A DNA stretch of 64,000 nucleotides from an uncultured Acidobacteriota bacterium (GTDB lineage: Bacteria > Acidobacteriota > Thermoanaerobaculia > Multivoradales > JBCCEF01), in assembly GCA_963730155.1 (NCBI GenBank), contig CAVSQV010000003.1, forward strand, positions 2,723,226-2,787,225, given 5' to 3'. A program made the position numbers and the translations under genes. Positions 32,071 to 42,344 of the stretch are shown one piece after another (position 1 is the stretch's first letter; each line of letters opens with the position of its first letter). The notes under the pieces are model-generated. The model was not told the DNA's origin. It did no database searches and was given only the letters and a program-made list of their open reading frames with translations.

Positions 32071-35000
32071 CTAAGACAGCCGCCGCAGCCCCGCCGCCGC
32101 CAGGAGCGCCGCCAGCAGCAGCAGCCCCACCGCGCCCAGCGCCGGGATCTCGAGCACGCCGGCGATCGTGAACACGGTCGGGTCGAGCGGCTCGGGGGTG
32201 GCCGGGTCGTCGGTCGGGACGAGAAGACCGGCGCCCGGGTCGCCGAACAGCCCCTGGTTGCTCACCACTTCGCCAACGGCGCCGGCCACCGTGCCGGTGA
32301 TCGTAACCGTCACCACCTCGCCCGGCGCCACCGTCCCGTTCCAGGTCACGACATTGGGCACCAGCACCATCGCAACGCCGCTGTCAGCATTGGCGGTCGG
32401 GTCGACGACCTGCGGCGGGAGCTGGTCGAGGAACTCGTCGCCCGGGCCGTCGAGCAGCGGCTGCGGGCCGCCGTTGAACAGCAGCACCTGGTAGACCACG
32501 GTCGAGCCCGGCGCGTGCGGGCCGGTGAGGAGCTTCTTGGACGCGCAGGGGTTGATGAACGGCGGGCCGTTCGCGGGGAGCGGGAAGACCAGGGTCTGGT
32601 CCGCCGCCACGTCGTTGCCCGGGTTCGTGTCGATGACCCCGGACGGGGCCACGACGGTGGCGACGTTCTCGAGCGGGCCGCAGAAGCCTTGGCGGACGGT
32701 GCCGGCGACGACGCAGGTGACCGACGAGCCGGCGGGGAGGTCGAGCGTGGCGTCGAGGTCGCCGTCGCCGAGCTGCCCGCCGCAGGCCCAGGTCACGCCG
32801 AGGAGGTTCGGCGGCTGCGGGTCGAGGACGCGCACGCCGGCCGCGTCGTCCGGCCCGGCGTTGGCGACCTCGATCGTGTACTCGATCGGCTGGCCGGCCT
32901 GCGCCTGGGCGAGGAAGTCGGTCTTGGTGATCGAGAGGTCGACCAGCGCGACGACCTCGACCTCGACCGTGGCGGAGTTGTCGTCGGGGGTGGGATCGAC
33001 CCATCCGGGCTGGTTCGCGGCGGTGGCGGTGTTGACCAGGGTGCCGGTCGCGTCGGCCGTGACCGTGCAGTCGGCGACATAGGTCACCGCGCCGCCCGGC
33101 GCCAGCGACGCGCCCTGGACGATGTCGCCCTCGCCGGACGGCTCGCCGCACACCCCGCCGCCGGTTCCGGTGCAGGTCCAGGTGCAGGCGAGACCCGCCG
33201 GGAACGAGTCGGTCAGATGCACCGGCGCCGAGCCGCTCGGGCCGGCGTTGGCGACCGTGACGGTGTACTCGAGGGTGTCGCCGACCGCCACCGTGAGCGG
33301 CTCGGCGGTCTTGGTCACCGTCAGGTCGGAGACGCGCAGCACGGCATCGACGTCGGTGGCCGAGTCGTTCGCGGCCACCGGATCGGCGACCCCCGCGGGG
33401 GCCGCGATCGTGGCCGTGTTGCTCAGCTCGTCGGGCGCGAACGCACCGACCGCGCAGACCGCGGTGAAGGTCGCCGTGCCGCCGGGCGGCAGGCTCACCG
33501 GCTGGTCGAGGTTGCCCGCGCCGGCGGGGTCGCCGCACGCCGCGCCGCCGGCGGCCGCGCAGGTCCACTCGCACGCCAGCCCAAGGGGGAAGACGTCGGC
33601 CACCCGCGCCCCGATCACCTCGTCCGGCCCGGCGTTGGCGGCGACGATCGTGTAGGTGACCGCCTCGCCGGCGGGAACCTCGGTCACGCCGTCGCTCTTG
33701 GTCACCGACAGGTCGGCCGTGTCGTCGCAGACGACGGTAGTGGCGTCGGTGTCCGAATTGTTGCCGGGGACCTCGTCCGGGCCGCCGATCGTGATCGTCG
33801 CGGTCGCGGTGTTCGACAGGGTGCCGGCGAAACCAGCGGCGACCGTGCACGAGGCGCTGAAAGTCACCGCGCCGCCGACCGGCAAGGGGCCGACGGTCTG
33901 ATCGATGTCGCCGGTGTCCTCCGCGGCCGCGCACGCGGCGCCGCCCGAGCCGGCGCAGGTCCAGGTGCAGGCGAGCGGCTCCGGGAAGGCGTCGACCACC
34001 CGCGCCGCCGCCACCGACCGGGTGCCGACGTTGCGCGCGACGATGGTGTAGACCGTGGTCGTCCCGCACTCGACCTCGGAGGCGCCGTCGGTCTTGGTCA
34101 CCGCGACGTCGGTGAACGGCACCAGCCGCACCGCGTCGACGTCGGTCGCCGAGTCGTTCGAGGAATCCGGGTCGTCGACCCCGGCCGGAGCGGTCACGGT
34201 CGCGGTGTTCGAGATCGTGCCGGCGGCGAACGGCGCCACCGTGCAGTCGGCGACGAAGGTCGCCGTGCCGCCGGCCGGCAGGTCGACGAGCCGGTCGATG
34301 TCGTCGGCGCCGCCCGCCGGGCAGACCGCGCCGCCGGCGCCCGTGCAGACCCACTCGCACTCCTCGAGCGTGGCCGGGAAGTTGTCGATCACCCGCGCCC
34401 CGGCGGCCGCCACCGGGCCGGCGTTGGCGACCGTGATGGTGTAGGTGGTCGCGCCCCCGGCGTCGACCACGGTGACGCCGTCGTTCTTGGTCACCGACAG
34501 GTCGGCGCCGCGGCCGCCGGTGCCGAGCCCCTCGAAGACGCACATGGTCCCCGAGTCGGCGCCGGCGGCGTCGTCGAGGAAGATCCCCGCGAAGACCGTG
34601 CCGCCGGCGATCCCGACCGCGATGCCCAGCTCGTCGCCGGCGGCGGGGGCCGGGGAGGTCAGCCGGTAGCTGGGGGTCCAGCCGCCCGATTCCTCGACGA
34701 AGACATAGCCGGCGCCGGCCCGCGGCAGGCCGCCGGCGGCGCCGAGGTGGGCGCCGCCGACCACGGCGTCGCCGTCGAGCGCGACCGAGACCCCCAGCTC
34801 CTCGCCGGCGGTGAGCCCCGGGGGCACGAGCTTGGCGGTCTGGCTCCAGCCGCCGCCGGCGCCCTCGAAGACGTAGACCGCCCCGGACGCGGGGCCGGCG
34901 GCCGTGCGGTCGAGCCGGGCGCCGACCGCGGCCCGGCCGCCAGTCCCGGATTGAAGACCAACCGCCACCGACCAGCCGAAGAGGCTCCCCGCCCGCCGGT

Positions 35001-35805
35001 CCGCCGCGGTCAGCTTGGCGGCCTGGACCCAGCCCGAGCCCTGGCGCACGAAGACGTAGACCGCGCCCGCCTGGTCGCCGCCGTCGTCGTCGTAGGGGGC
35101 GCCGGCCAGGAGTGTGCCGCCGGCGATCGCGACGCTGTAGCCGAAGCCGTCGCCGGCGGCGCCGTCGCCGGCGGTGAGCTTCTGCGCCGAGAGCGGCGCG
35201 CCGGTCGCGGGATCGACCTCCCAGACCCAGACCGCGCCCGCCGAGGAGCCGCGGTCGTCGTCGCCGGGCGCGCCGGCGGCGACCGTGACGCCCGAGACCG
35301 CCGCCGACCGCCCCAGCTCGTCGCGGGCGCCAAGCCCCGACGGCACCAGCTTGGCCTCGGCGAAGCCGCCGTTCGGCTGCTGGGTGAAGACATAGACCGC
35401 GCCCGAGGTCTCTCCCACCTGGTTTCGGAACGGCGCCCCCGCGGCGATCCGGCCGCCGGAGATCCCGACCGCGAAGCCGAGCTGGTCGCCGGCGGCGCCG
35501 TCCGAGGCGAGCACCTTGGCCGCCTGCGCCCAGCCGCCGCCCGAGCGGGTGAAGAGGTAGAGCGACCCCGAGGCCGATCCGAGGTCGTCGTCGAGCACCG
35601 AGCCGCCGACCGCCCGGTCGCCGTCCACCGCCAGGGCGCAGGCGAAGAGATCCCCGGCCGCGGAGTCGGCGGGAGCCACCGTCTGGCAGGCCGTCGGCGG
35701 ACCCGGGAGTTGTGCTCCCGCCTCGGCGGGAGCCAGGAGCGCGGCCAGCGCCGCGGCAGCGACCCCCGCCCGGCTGGGAAACCCCTTGCGCGGCGGAGGA
35801 GACAT
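32071..35805 (-). CDS. large surface protein: signal peptide, 7 FG-GAP-like blades, 5 DUF11 repeat domains, IPTL/PEP-CTERM-like sorting tail
   Basis: ATG 35805 starts MSPPPRKGFPSRAGVAAAALAALLAPAEAGA. FG-GAP-like units are present (GDQLGFAVGISGGRIAAGAP...GAVYVF, and similar). DUF11 units begin D(L/V)xVTK(T/S/N)DG...TYTI.VANAGP. The C-terminus is EIPALGAVGLLLLAALLAAAGLRRLS. Confidence 0.85.
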   Translation of the reverse strand: MSPPPRKGFPSRAGVAAAALAALLAPAEAGAQLPGPPTACQTVAPADSAAGDLFACALAVDGDRAVGGSVLDDDLGSASGSLYLFTRSGGGWAQAAKVLASDGAAGDQLGFAVGISGGRIAAGAPFRNQVGETSGAVYVFTQQPNGGFAEAKLVPSGLGARDELGRSAAVSGVTVAAGAPGDDDRGSSAGAVWVWEVDPATGAPLSAQKLTAGDGAAGDGFGYSVAIAGGTLLAGAPYDDDGGDQAGAVYVFVRQGSGWVQAAKLTAADRRAGSLFGWSVAVGLQSGTGGRAAVGARLDRTAAGPASGAVYVFEGAGGGWSQTAKLVPPGLTAGEELGVSVALDGDAVVGGAHLGAAGGLPRAGAGYVFVEESGGWTPSYRLTSPAPAAGDELGIAVGIAGGTVFAGIFLDDAAGADSGTMCVFEGLGTGGRGADLSVTKNDGVTVVDAGGATTYTITVANAGPVAAAGARVIDNFPATLEECEWVCTGAGGAVCPAGGADDIDRLVDLPAGGTATFVADCTVAPFAAGTISNTATVTAPAGVDDPDSSNDSATDVDAVRLVPFTDVAVTKTDGASEVECGTTTVYTIVARNVGTRSVAAARVVDAFPEPLACTWTCAGSGGAACAAAEDTGDIDQTVGPLPVGGAVTFSASCTVAAGFAGTLSNTATATITIGGPDEVPGNNSDTDATTVVCDDTADLSVTKSDGVTEVPAGEAVTYTIVAANAGPDEVIGARVADVFPLGLACEWTCAAAGGAACGDPAGAGNLDQPVSLPPGGTATFTAVCAVGAFAPDELSNTATIAAPAGVADPVAANDSATDVDAVLRVSDLTVTKTAEPLTVAVGDTLEYTVTVANAGPSGSAPVHLTDSFPAGLACTWTCTGTGGGVCGEPSGEGDIVQGASLAPGGAVTYVADCTVTADATGTLVNTATAANQPGWVDPTPDDNSATVEVEVVALVDLSITKTDFLAQAQAGQPIEYTIEVANAGPDDAAGVRVLDPQPPNLLGVTWACGGQLGDGDLDATLDLPAGSSVTCVVAGTVRQGFCGPLENVATVVAPSGVIDTNPGNDVAADQTLVFPLPANGPPFINPCASKKLLTGPHAPGSTVVYQVLLFNGGPQPLLDGPGDEFLDQLPPQVVDPTANADSGVAMVLVPNVVTWNGTVAPGEVVTVTITGTVAGAVGEVVSNQGLFGDPGAGLLVPTDDPATPEPLDPTVFTIAGVLEIPALGAVGLLLLAALLAAAGLRRLS
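32600..34503 (-). repeat. five tandem ~115-aa DUF11-type domain repeats (coding, inside the surface protein)
   Basis: Repeat starts are ADLSVTKNDG, TDVAVTKTDG, ADLSVTKSDG, SDLTVTKTAE and VDLSITKTDF. Each is followed by C..C(T/A)G(A/T)GG..C and NTAT motifs. The boundaries are approximate. Confidence 0.7.
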
Positions 35806-35968
35806 ATTTGGGTTCCTCGATATTCCAGCGGATCTTAACACATTGGAGGAGGAGCCCCGCGGTGGCTCACGACCTCGCCCCACCGGCTTCGCGCTATGCT
35901 TCGAACGCACGCCGTCCGGCCCGGCTCGTGCCGGTATCCGAGCCATCGCTCCTGGGGAGAGATCCAAG

Positions 35969-37216
35969 ATGCTGACCCACTCGCCTCGCCTCGCGCCGCG
36001 CCTGGTACTCGGGCTCCTGCTCCTCTTGCCGCTCGCCGCCGCCTGCGAGAAGAAGGGCTCCGACCCCGGCGCCGCCGCCGCAGTTCCGAGCGGACCGATC
36101 CGGGTCGGCGTCTTCATGGACCTGTCGGGGCAGACCTCGAGCTTCGGCCAGTCGTCGGTCAACGCGATCCGCCTCGCGGTCGAAGAGATCAACGGCGCCG
36201 GCGGGATCGGCGGCCGGCCGGTCGAGCTGGTGATCGAGGACGATCAGGGCCGGCCCGAGCAGGCGGCGACCGTGGTCACCAAGCTCGTCGACCAGGCCGA
36301 GGTGGTCGCGATCCTCGGCGAGGTGGCCTCGTCGAACACCCTGGCCGCAGCACCGATCGCCCAGCGCGCGAAGGTCCCGATGATCACCCCGTCCTCGACC
36401 AACCCGAAGATCACCGAAGTGGGCGACTACGTCTTCCGGATCTGCTTCATCGATCCGTTCCAGGGCTCGGTGATGGCGCGTTTCGCCGCCGGCAGCCTGG
36501 GCGCGAAGACCGCGGCGATCCTGCTCGACGTCAACAGCGACTACAGCCGCGGCCTGACCCAGTTCTTCACCGAGGCGTTCACCGAGCTGGGCGGCACCAT
36601 CGTCGACACCCAGTCCTACGCCCAGACCGACCGCGACTTCAGCGGCCAGCTCACCGCGCTCAAGGCCAAGGACCCCGACGTGATCTACGTCCCCGGCTAC
36701 TACACCCAGGCCGGGGTCATCGCGCTGCAGGCGCGCCAGCTCGGCATCCGCGCGACGCTGCTCGGCGGCGACGGCTGGGACGCGCCGCAGCTCTTCGAGC
36801 TCGGGGGCGAGGCGATCCAGGGGTCGTTCATCTCGAATCACTACTCGGCCGACGATCCGGCGCCGCAGATCCAGCGCTTCGTCGAGACCTACCGCGCGAA
36901 GCACGGCGCCGATCCCGACGGCATGGCGGCGCTCGGCTACGACGCGATGCGGATCCTCGCCGACGCGATCGTGCGCGCGGGCACCACCGAGGCCGCCGCG
37001 CTGCGCGATGCGATCGCCGCGACGCGGGAGTTCGCCGGCGTGACCGGGGTGATCTCGATCGACGAGAACCGCAACGCGGTGAAGCCGGCGGTGATCCTCG
37101 AGGTGGGGGACGGCAAGTTCGTCTACCGGGAGACGATCCAACCCGGAGACCCGGCCGCGGCCGGCGACGCCGCCGCCGAGCCGGCGGGCACTCCCGCCCC
37201 CGCCGCCGGCGCATGA
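35969..37216 (+). CDS. branched-chain amino acid ABC transporter substrate-binding lipoprotein (LivJ/K family)
   Basis: The lipobox is LLLLPLAAACEKK. Also present are IRVGVFMDLSGQTSSFGQS..NAIRLAVEEINGAGGIGGRPVELVIEDDQG...ILGEVASS. The start is ATG 35969. Confidence 0.9.
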   Translation: MLTHSPRLAPRLVLGLLLLLPLAAACEKKGSDPGAAAAVPSGPIRVGVFMDLSGQTSSFGQSSVNAIRLAVEEINGAGGIGGRPVELVIEDDQGRPEQAATVVTKLVDQAEVVAILGEVASSNTLAAAPIAQRAKVPMITPSSTNPKITEVGDYVFRICFIDPFQGSVMARFAAGSLGAKTAAILLDVNSDYSRGLTQFFTEAFTELGGTIVDTQSYAQTDRDFSGQLTALKAKDPDVIYVPGYYTQAGVIALQARQLGIRATLLGGDGWDAPQLFELGGEAIQGSFISNHYSADDPAPQIQRFVETYRAKHGADPDGMAALGYDAMRILADAIVRAGTTEAAALRDAIAATREFAGVTGVISIDENRNAVKPAVILEVGDGKFVYRETIQPGDPAAAGDAAAEPAGTPAPAAGA

Positions 37217-38136
37217 CGACCTTCTTCCAGCAACTCGTCAACGGGCTCACCATCGGGGCGATCTACGCCCTGGTGGCGCTCGGCTACACGATGGTCTACG
37301 GCATCCTGCGCCTGATCAACTTCGCCCACGGCGACGTGTACATGGTCGGGGCGTTCGTCGGCTTCTTCGTCGCCGGCGCCCTCGGCTTCAGCGGCGCGCT
37401 GACCGGAAGCGCGGTCCTCAGCCTGCTCCTGGTGCTCGCGGCCGCGATGGCCGGCGCCGCGCTGCTCGGGTTCACGATCGAGAGGGTGGCCTACCGCCCG
37501 CTGCGCAGGCGGCCGCGGATGGCCGTGCTGATCACCGCGATCGGCGTCTCGCTGCTGATCGAGAACCTCGGCGTGGTGGTCTGGGGCGGTGCGCCGCGCT
37601 CGTTCCCGAGCCTTTTGGAGCAGCGCGCCTTCGACGTCGGCGGGGTCACGATCTCCTCGGCCCAGATCCTGATCTTCGCGGTCTCGGCGGTGCTGGCCCT
37701 GGCGCTCGACGCGATCATCTACCGCACCCGGCTGGGCACCGCGATGCGCGCGGTGTCGTACAACCTCGACGTCGCCAAGCTGATGGGGATCGACACCGAC
37801 CGCATCGTCTCCTTCACCTTCGTGTTCGGGTCGGCGCTCGCCGCCGCCGCCGGCGTGCTCACCGCCCAGTACAACCCGCAGATCGACCCCCTGATGGGGA
37901 TCATGACCGGCCTCAAGGCGTTCGTCGCCGCGGTCCTCGGCGGCATCGGCAGCGTGCAGGGGGCGCTCCTCGGCGGCCTCTTGATCGGCCTCGCCGAGAC
38001 CTTCGTCGTCGGCTACGGCAGTCTGATCGGCATCCCCTCGACCTACCGCGACGCGGTGGCCTTCGCGATCCTCATCCTGGTGCTCCTGGTGCGGCCCACG
38101 GGCATCCTCGGCCGGCCGCTGGCGGAGAAGGTGTGA
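37213..38136 (+). CDS. livH: branched-chain amino acid ABC transporter permease LivH
   Basis: FFQQLVNGLTIGAIYALVALGYTMVYGILRLINFAHGDVYMVGAF is the canonical LivH N-terminus. There is an ATGA overlap with the upstream gene. Confidence 0.93.
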   Translation: MTTFFQQLVNGLTIGAIYALVALGYTMVYGILRLINFAHGDVYMVGAFVGFFVAGALGFSGALTGSAVLSLLLVLAAAMAGAALLGFTIERVAYRPLRRRPRMAVLITAIGVSLLIENLGVVVWGGAPRSFPSLLEQRAFDVGGVTISSAQILIFAVSAVLALALDAIIYRTRLGTAMRAVSYNLDVAKLMGIDTDRIVSFTFVFGSALAAAAGVLTAQYNPQIDPLMGIMTGLKAFVAAVLGGIGSVQGALLGGLLIGLAETFVVGYGSLIGIPSTYRDAVAFAILILVLLVRPTGILGRPLAEKV

Positions 38137-39182
38137 ACGAACCGTCCGCCGTCGAGAGCCCCGCGGCGGCGCCGCGGCCGCGCTGGGCGCTCCGGCTGCT
38201 CGCCGCCGCCGGGGTGCTCCTGGCGCTCCTGATCGTCGACCGCGTCCTCTCGCCCGAGGGCCTCTTCGGCTACGGCGTCTCGGCGTACTGGTCCCGGCTC
38301 CTGATGCTGGCCGGCATCAACGTCTCCCTGGCGGTGTCGCTCAACCTGGTCTTGGGCATGACCGGCCAGTTCTCGATCGGCCATGCCGGCTTCATGGCGG
38401 TCGGCGCCTACGTCGCGGCCTACCTCTCGGTCTACCGGGGCCCGGCGGCCGAGCAGGCGCTCGGCGCGCTGGGGCCGACCGCGGCCGGCTCCCTGGTCTT
38501 CCTGGCGATCGTCGTCGCCGCGGCGCTGGCGGCCGCGGCGGTCGGCCTGCTGGTCGGCATCCCCAGCCTGCGGCTGGGCGGCGACTACCTCGCGATCGTC
38601 ACCCTCGGGTTCGCCGAGATCATCCGCATCGTGCTGGTCAACCTCGACGTGGTCGGCGGCGCGACCGGCTTCGCGGTGCCCGGCCGCGCCAGCTTCCTGT
38701 GGGTCGGAGGGCTGGCGTTCCTCACCATCATGGTGGTGCGCAACCTCGGCCGCTCGGCCACCGGGCGCGCGCTGGTGGCGATCCGCGAGGACGAGATCGC
38801 GGCCCAGGCGATGGGGATCGACCTGACCCGCAACAAGGTGCTGGCCTTCGCGCTCTCGGCGGCCTTCGCCGGCGCCGCCGGGGCGTTGTTCGGGCACTAC
38901 ACCCAGTTCCTCTCGACCAACGACTTCACCTTCATCCGGTCGTTCGAGATCATCGTCATGGTCATCATCGGCGGGGTCGGATCGCTCACCGGGTCGGTGC
39001 TCGGGGCGTTCATCGTCACCCTCTTGCCCGAGGTGCTCCGCGGCTTCGCGAGCTGGCGCCTGGTGATCTACTCCGCGCTCCTGGTGGCGATCATGCTCAC
39101 CCGCCCGCAGGGGATCCTCGACCGGCGCGAGCTCGGCGACCTGTGGGCCCGGCTGCGCCGCCGCGGCGCCGAGACGCGATGA
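38133..39182 (+). CDS. livM: branched-chain amino acid ABC transporter permease LivM
   Basis: [34 protein letters not shown] and [16 protein letters not shown] are typical of LivM. Confidence 0.93.
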   Translation: MNEPSAVESPAAAPRPRWALRLLAAAGVLLALLIVDRVLSPEGLFGYGVSAYWSRLLMLAGINVSLAVSLNLVLGMTGQFSIGHAGFMAVGAYVAAYLSVYRGPAAEQALGALGPTAAGSLVFLAIVVAAALAAAAVGLLVGIPSLRLGGDYLAIVTLGFAEIIRIVLVNLDVVGGATGFAVPGRASFLWVGGLAFLTIMVVRNLGRSATGRALVAIREDEIAAQAMGIDLTRNKVLAFALSAAFAGAAGALFGHYTQFLSTNDFTFIRSFEIIVMVIIGGVGSLTGSVLGAFIVTLLPEVLRGFASWRLVIYSALLVAIMLTRPQGILDRRELGDLWARLRRRGAETR

Positions 39183-39943
39183 GCGGCGCGCTGCTCGAGA
39201 CCCGCGGCGTCACCATCCGCTTCGGCGGCCTGTGCGCCGTGTCGGAGCTCGACCTCGCGCTCGGCCGCGGGGAGATCGTCGGGCTGATCGGCCCCAACGG
39301 CGCCGGCAAGACCACGGTCTTCAACCTGCTCACCGGCATCTACGCCCCCAGCTCCGGAGCGATCCTGTTCGACGGCCGCCGCCTCGACGGCCTGAAGTCG
39401 CACCGGATCGCCGCCCTCGGGATCGCCCGCACCTTTCAGAACATCCGGCTCTTCCCCGGGCTCTCGGTGCTCGACAACGTCCTGATCGGGGGCCACCGCC
39501 GCGGCCGGCAGAACCTGCTCGACGCGATGCTGCGGGGCCGCCGGTTCTTGACCGACGAGGCCGAGCGGCGGGTCGAGGCGATGTCGCTCCTCTCCGTCCT
39601 CGGGCTCGCCCAGGCCGCCGGCGCCCCGGCGACCAGCCTGCCCTACGGGCACCAGCGCCGGCTCGAGATCGCCCGCGCGCTGGCCGCGCGGCCCCGGGTC
39701 CTGCTGCTCGACGAGCCGGCGGCCGGCATGAACCCGGCGGAGTCCGCCGCGCTCTTGGCGCTGATCCGCCAGATCCGCGACCGCTTCGAGCTCGCGATCC
39801 TGCTGGTCGAGCACAACATGAAGGTCGTGATGGGGGTCTGCGATCGCATCCAGGTGATGGACTACGGCAAGTCGATCGCGCTCGGAACGCCCGAGCAGAT
39901 CCGCCGCGACCCGCGGGTCATCGAGGCCTACCTTGGCGACTGA
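39179..39943 (+). CDS. livG: branched-chain amino acid ABC transporter ATP-binding protein LivG
   Basis: Walker A is GPNGAGKTT, the signature is [15 protein letters not shown], and Walker B is LLLDEPAAG. Confidence 0.95.
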   Translation: MSGALLETRGVTIRFGGLCAVSELDLALGRGEIVGLIGPNGAGKTTVFNLLTGIYAPSSGAILFDGRRLDGLKSHRIAALGIARTFQNIRLFPGLSVLDNVLIGGHRRGRQNLLDAMLRGRRFLTDEAERRVEAMSLLSVLGLAQAAGAPATSLPYGHQRRLEIARALAARPRVLLLDEPAAGMNPAESAALLALIRQIRDRFELAILLVEHNMKVVMGVCDRIQVMDYGKSIALGTPEQIRRDPRVIEAYLGD

Positions 39944-40658
39944 GCGTCCGCCGCTGCTCGAGCTCGACGGGGTCGCGGTGCGCTACGGCGCGGTCGAGGC
40001 GCTGCGCGGCGTGACGCTGACCGTCGGCGCCGGCGAGGTGGTGACCCTGATCGGCGCCAACGGCGCCGGCAAGTCGACGACCCTGCGCGCGATCACCGGG
40101 CTCGCCGAGCTGGCGGCGGGCGAGGTGAGCTACGCCGGCGGCTCGATCCGGGCCGTCCCGGCCCACGCGCGCGTCGCGCGCGGCATCTCGATGGCGCCCG
40201 AGGGGCGCGGCGTATTCGCGACGCTGACGGTCAAGGAGAACCTCGAGATGGGCGGCTACCTGGTGCGCGACCCGGCGAAGCTGGCCGCCGGCATCGAGCG
40301 CGCGTACCGGCTGTTCCCCCGCCTCTCCGAGCGCGCCAAGCAGAAGGCCGGCACGCTGTCCGGCGGCGAGCAGCAGATGCTCGCGATCGGCCGCGCGCTG
40401 ATGTCCGAGCCCCGCCTGCTGCTGCTCGACGAGCCGTCGCTCGGCCTGGCGCCGCTCGTAGTCCACACCATCTTCGCGGCGATCGACGAGGTCCGCGCGA
40501 CCGGCACCACGATCCTCCTGGTCGAGCAGAACGCGAACGCGGCGCTCCGCCACTCGGATCGCGCCTACGTCCTCGAGCAGGGCCGGATCGTGATGTCCGG
40601 CCCCTCGGCCGACCTCGCCACCGACCCCCGCATCCGCGAGGCCTACCTCGGCGGCTAG
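39933..40658 (+). CDS. livF: branched-chain amino acid ABC transporter ATP-binding protein LivF
   Basis: Walker A is GANGAGKST, the signature is LSGGEQQMLAIGRAL, and Walker B is LLLDEPSLG. A TTG start at 39933 is assumed. Confidence 0.95.
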   Translation: MATERPPLLELDGVAVRYGAVEALRGVTLTVGAGEVVTLIGANGAGKSTTLRAITGLAELAAGEVSYAGGSIRAVPAHARVARGISMAPEGRGVFATLTVKENLEMGGYLVRDPAKLAAGIERAYRLFPRLSERAKQKAGTLSGGEQQMLAIGRALMSEPRLLLLDEPSLGLAPLVVHTIFAAIDEVRATGTTILLVEQNANAALRHSDRAYVLEQGRIVMSGPSADLATDPRIREAYLGG

Positions 40659-42343
40659 GAGCCGGGGAGCGCCGCTTCCCGCGGGCCGCGCAGCTTCACC
40701 AGGGCGGCCCCGACCAGGAAGAGCGCCAGGGCGACCAGGGCGGCGGCGGAGAGGGCGTTGACCAGCTCGATGTCGAAGCCGCGGGAGGCCTCGAGGTTGG
40801 CCAGCGCCAGGCGGACCAGCGCCCAGAGCGTGATCGCGAGGACGAACAGCATCGGCAAGCAGGGTGAACGCGATCCGCTGCCGGGCGCGGTGGAGCCAGA
40901 CGGTGATCGGCGAGGAGCGTCAGGGCGGCGAGGAGCTGGTTCGAGGCGCCGAAGAGCGTCCAGAACCGGGCCCACATGCTCTCGCTGCGCGAAGCCGACG
41001 AAGTAGAGCGGGAGGGCGACGGTGACCAGCGTCCCCAGCGAGCGCGCCGCCGCGGGTCGCGCCAGCCGAGGAGCTCCTGCACGATGTAGCGCCCGAGGCG
41101 CATGCAGACGTCGAGGGTGTCGAAGACGAAGGTCGAGAACGCCATCGCGCCGAAGGTGATCGCGAACGGGAGGTTCTCGCTCGCCGATCAGGAGCGTCAG
41201 GAAGCGGCCGATGCCGTTGCCGTAGATGGTGCCCGGCGCGAGGCCCGCGAGCTCGCCGCGGCGCCACGATCATCACCGTCACCAGCGCGATCAGCGCGAC
41301 GAAGCCCTCGGCGAGCATCGCGCCGTAGCCGATCGGGCGGATGTGCGACTCCTTCGCGACCTGCTTCGAGGTCGTGCCCGAGCAGACCAGGCCGTGGAAG
41401 CCGGAGCAGGCGCCGCAGGCGATGGTGACGAAGAGGAAGGGGAAGAGCGTCCCGGTCATGCCGCCGGCGTCCCAGGACGTGAACGCCGGCTGCTGGATCT
41501 CGTAGCCGCCGAAGAAGATGCCGATGACGCCGAGCGCGAGCGCCGCGTAGAGCACGAAGCCGCCGAGATAGCCGCGCGGCTGGAGCAGCGCCCAGACCGG
41601 CACCATCGACGCGACGCAGCAGTAGGCGAGGATCAGGAGCGCCCAGGTCTTGTGGTCGAGCACGAGCAGGTGCGAGACCTGCGTCCCGAGCCACGAGAGG
41701 GCGAAGGTCGCGGGCACGAAGATCACGGTCACGAGCCACAGCGGCGGCCTCAGGAACCGCTGCACCAGCCCGAGCACGACCGCGAGCAGCGAGGTACATC
41801 ACGCTCGCCGCCGCCACCGCGCCGCCCGGATGGAAGCCCACGGTCGCCCTGGCGCAGCTCCTCGGTGCCGACGACGAAGCTCGCCGCCGTGATGTCGGCG
41901 AAGGCGACGATGACGTAGACGAGCGCGATCCAGATGAAGGCCATCATCGCGCGCCCGGCCGCTCGCGCCGAGGTGCTCGCGCGCGATCTCGGCGATCGAC
42001 ACCGCGCCGTGGCGCACCGAGGCGGTCGAGGCTCGAGAAGTCGTGCACGGCGCCGATCAGGACCACGCCGAGGCCGATCCAGAGCAGGCAGGGCAGCCAG
42101 CCGAAGGTCTGGCAGGCGAGGATCGGCCCGGCGATCGGCCCGGCCGCGGCGATCGCCGAGAAGTGCTGGGCGAAGAGGTAGAAGCGGCCGCGTCGGGACG
42201 AAGTCGACGCCGTCCTCCAGCCGGTGGGCGGGCGTCGGCCGCCGGTCGTCGAGCGCGAAGCGCCGCGCCAGCCACCCGCCGTAGCCGAAGTAGGCGGCGG
42301 TGAGGAGGGCGAGGAAGCCGAGCGCCAGGAGGCTCAGCACCAT
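40655..42343 (-). pseudogene. cstA: carbon starvation protein CstA, reading frame broken at least five times
   Basis: CstA pieces are spread over different minus frames. They are MVLSLLALGFLALLTAAYFGYGGWLARRF (ATG 42343), SVRHGAVSIAEIAREHLG (ORF 41799..42017) and MMAFIWIALVYVIVAFADITAASF. Further pieces are LVTVIFVPATF...GACSGFHGLVCSGTTSKQ...IGYGAMLAEGFVALIALVTVM (40920..41777), MAFSTFVFDTLDVCMRLGRYIVQELLGW (40696..41145) and LPMLFVLAITLWALV (40655..40975). Confidence 0.85.
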
Positions 42344-42344
42344 G

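Noticed and set aside
32600-34503. Regularly spaced DNA repeats of about 345 nt, considered as a possible repeat array or CRISPR-like structure.
   Set aside because: The period is far too long, there are no short conserved direct repeats with unique spacers, and the whole region translates in one frame into tandem DUF11 protein domains.
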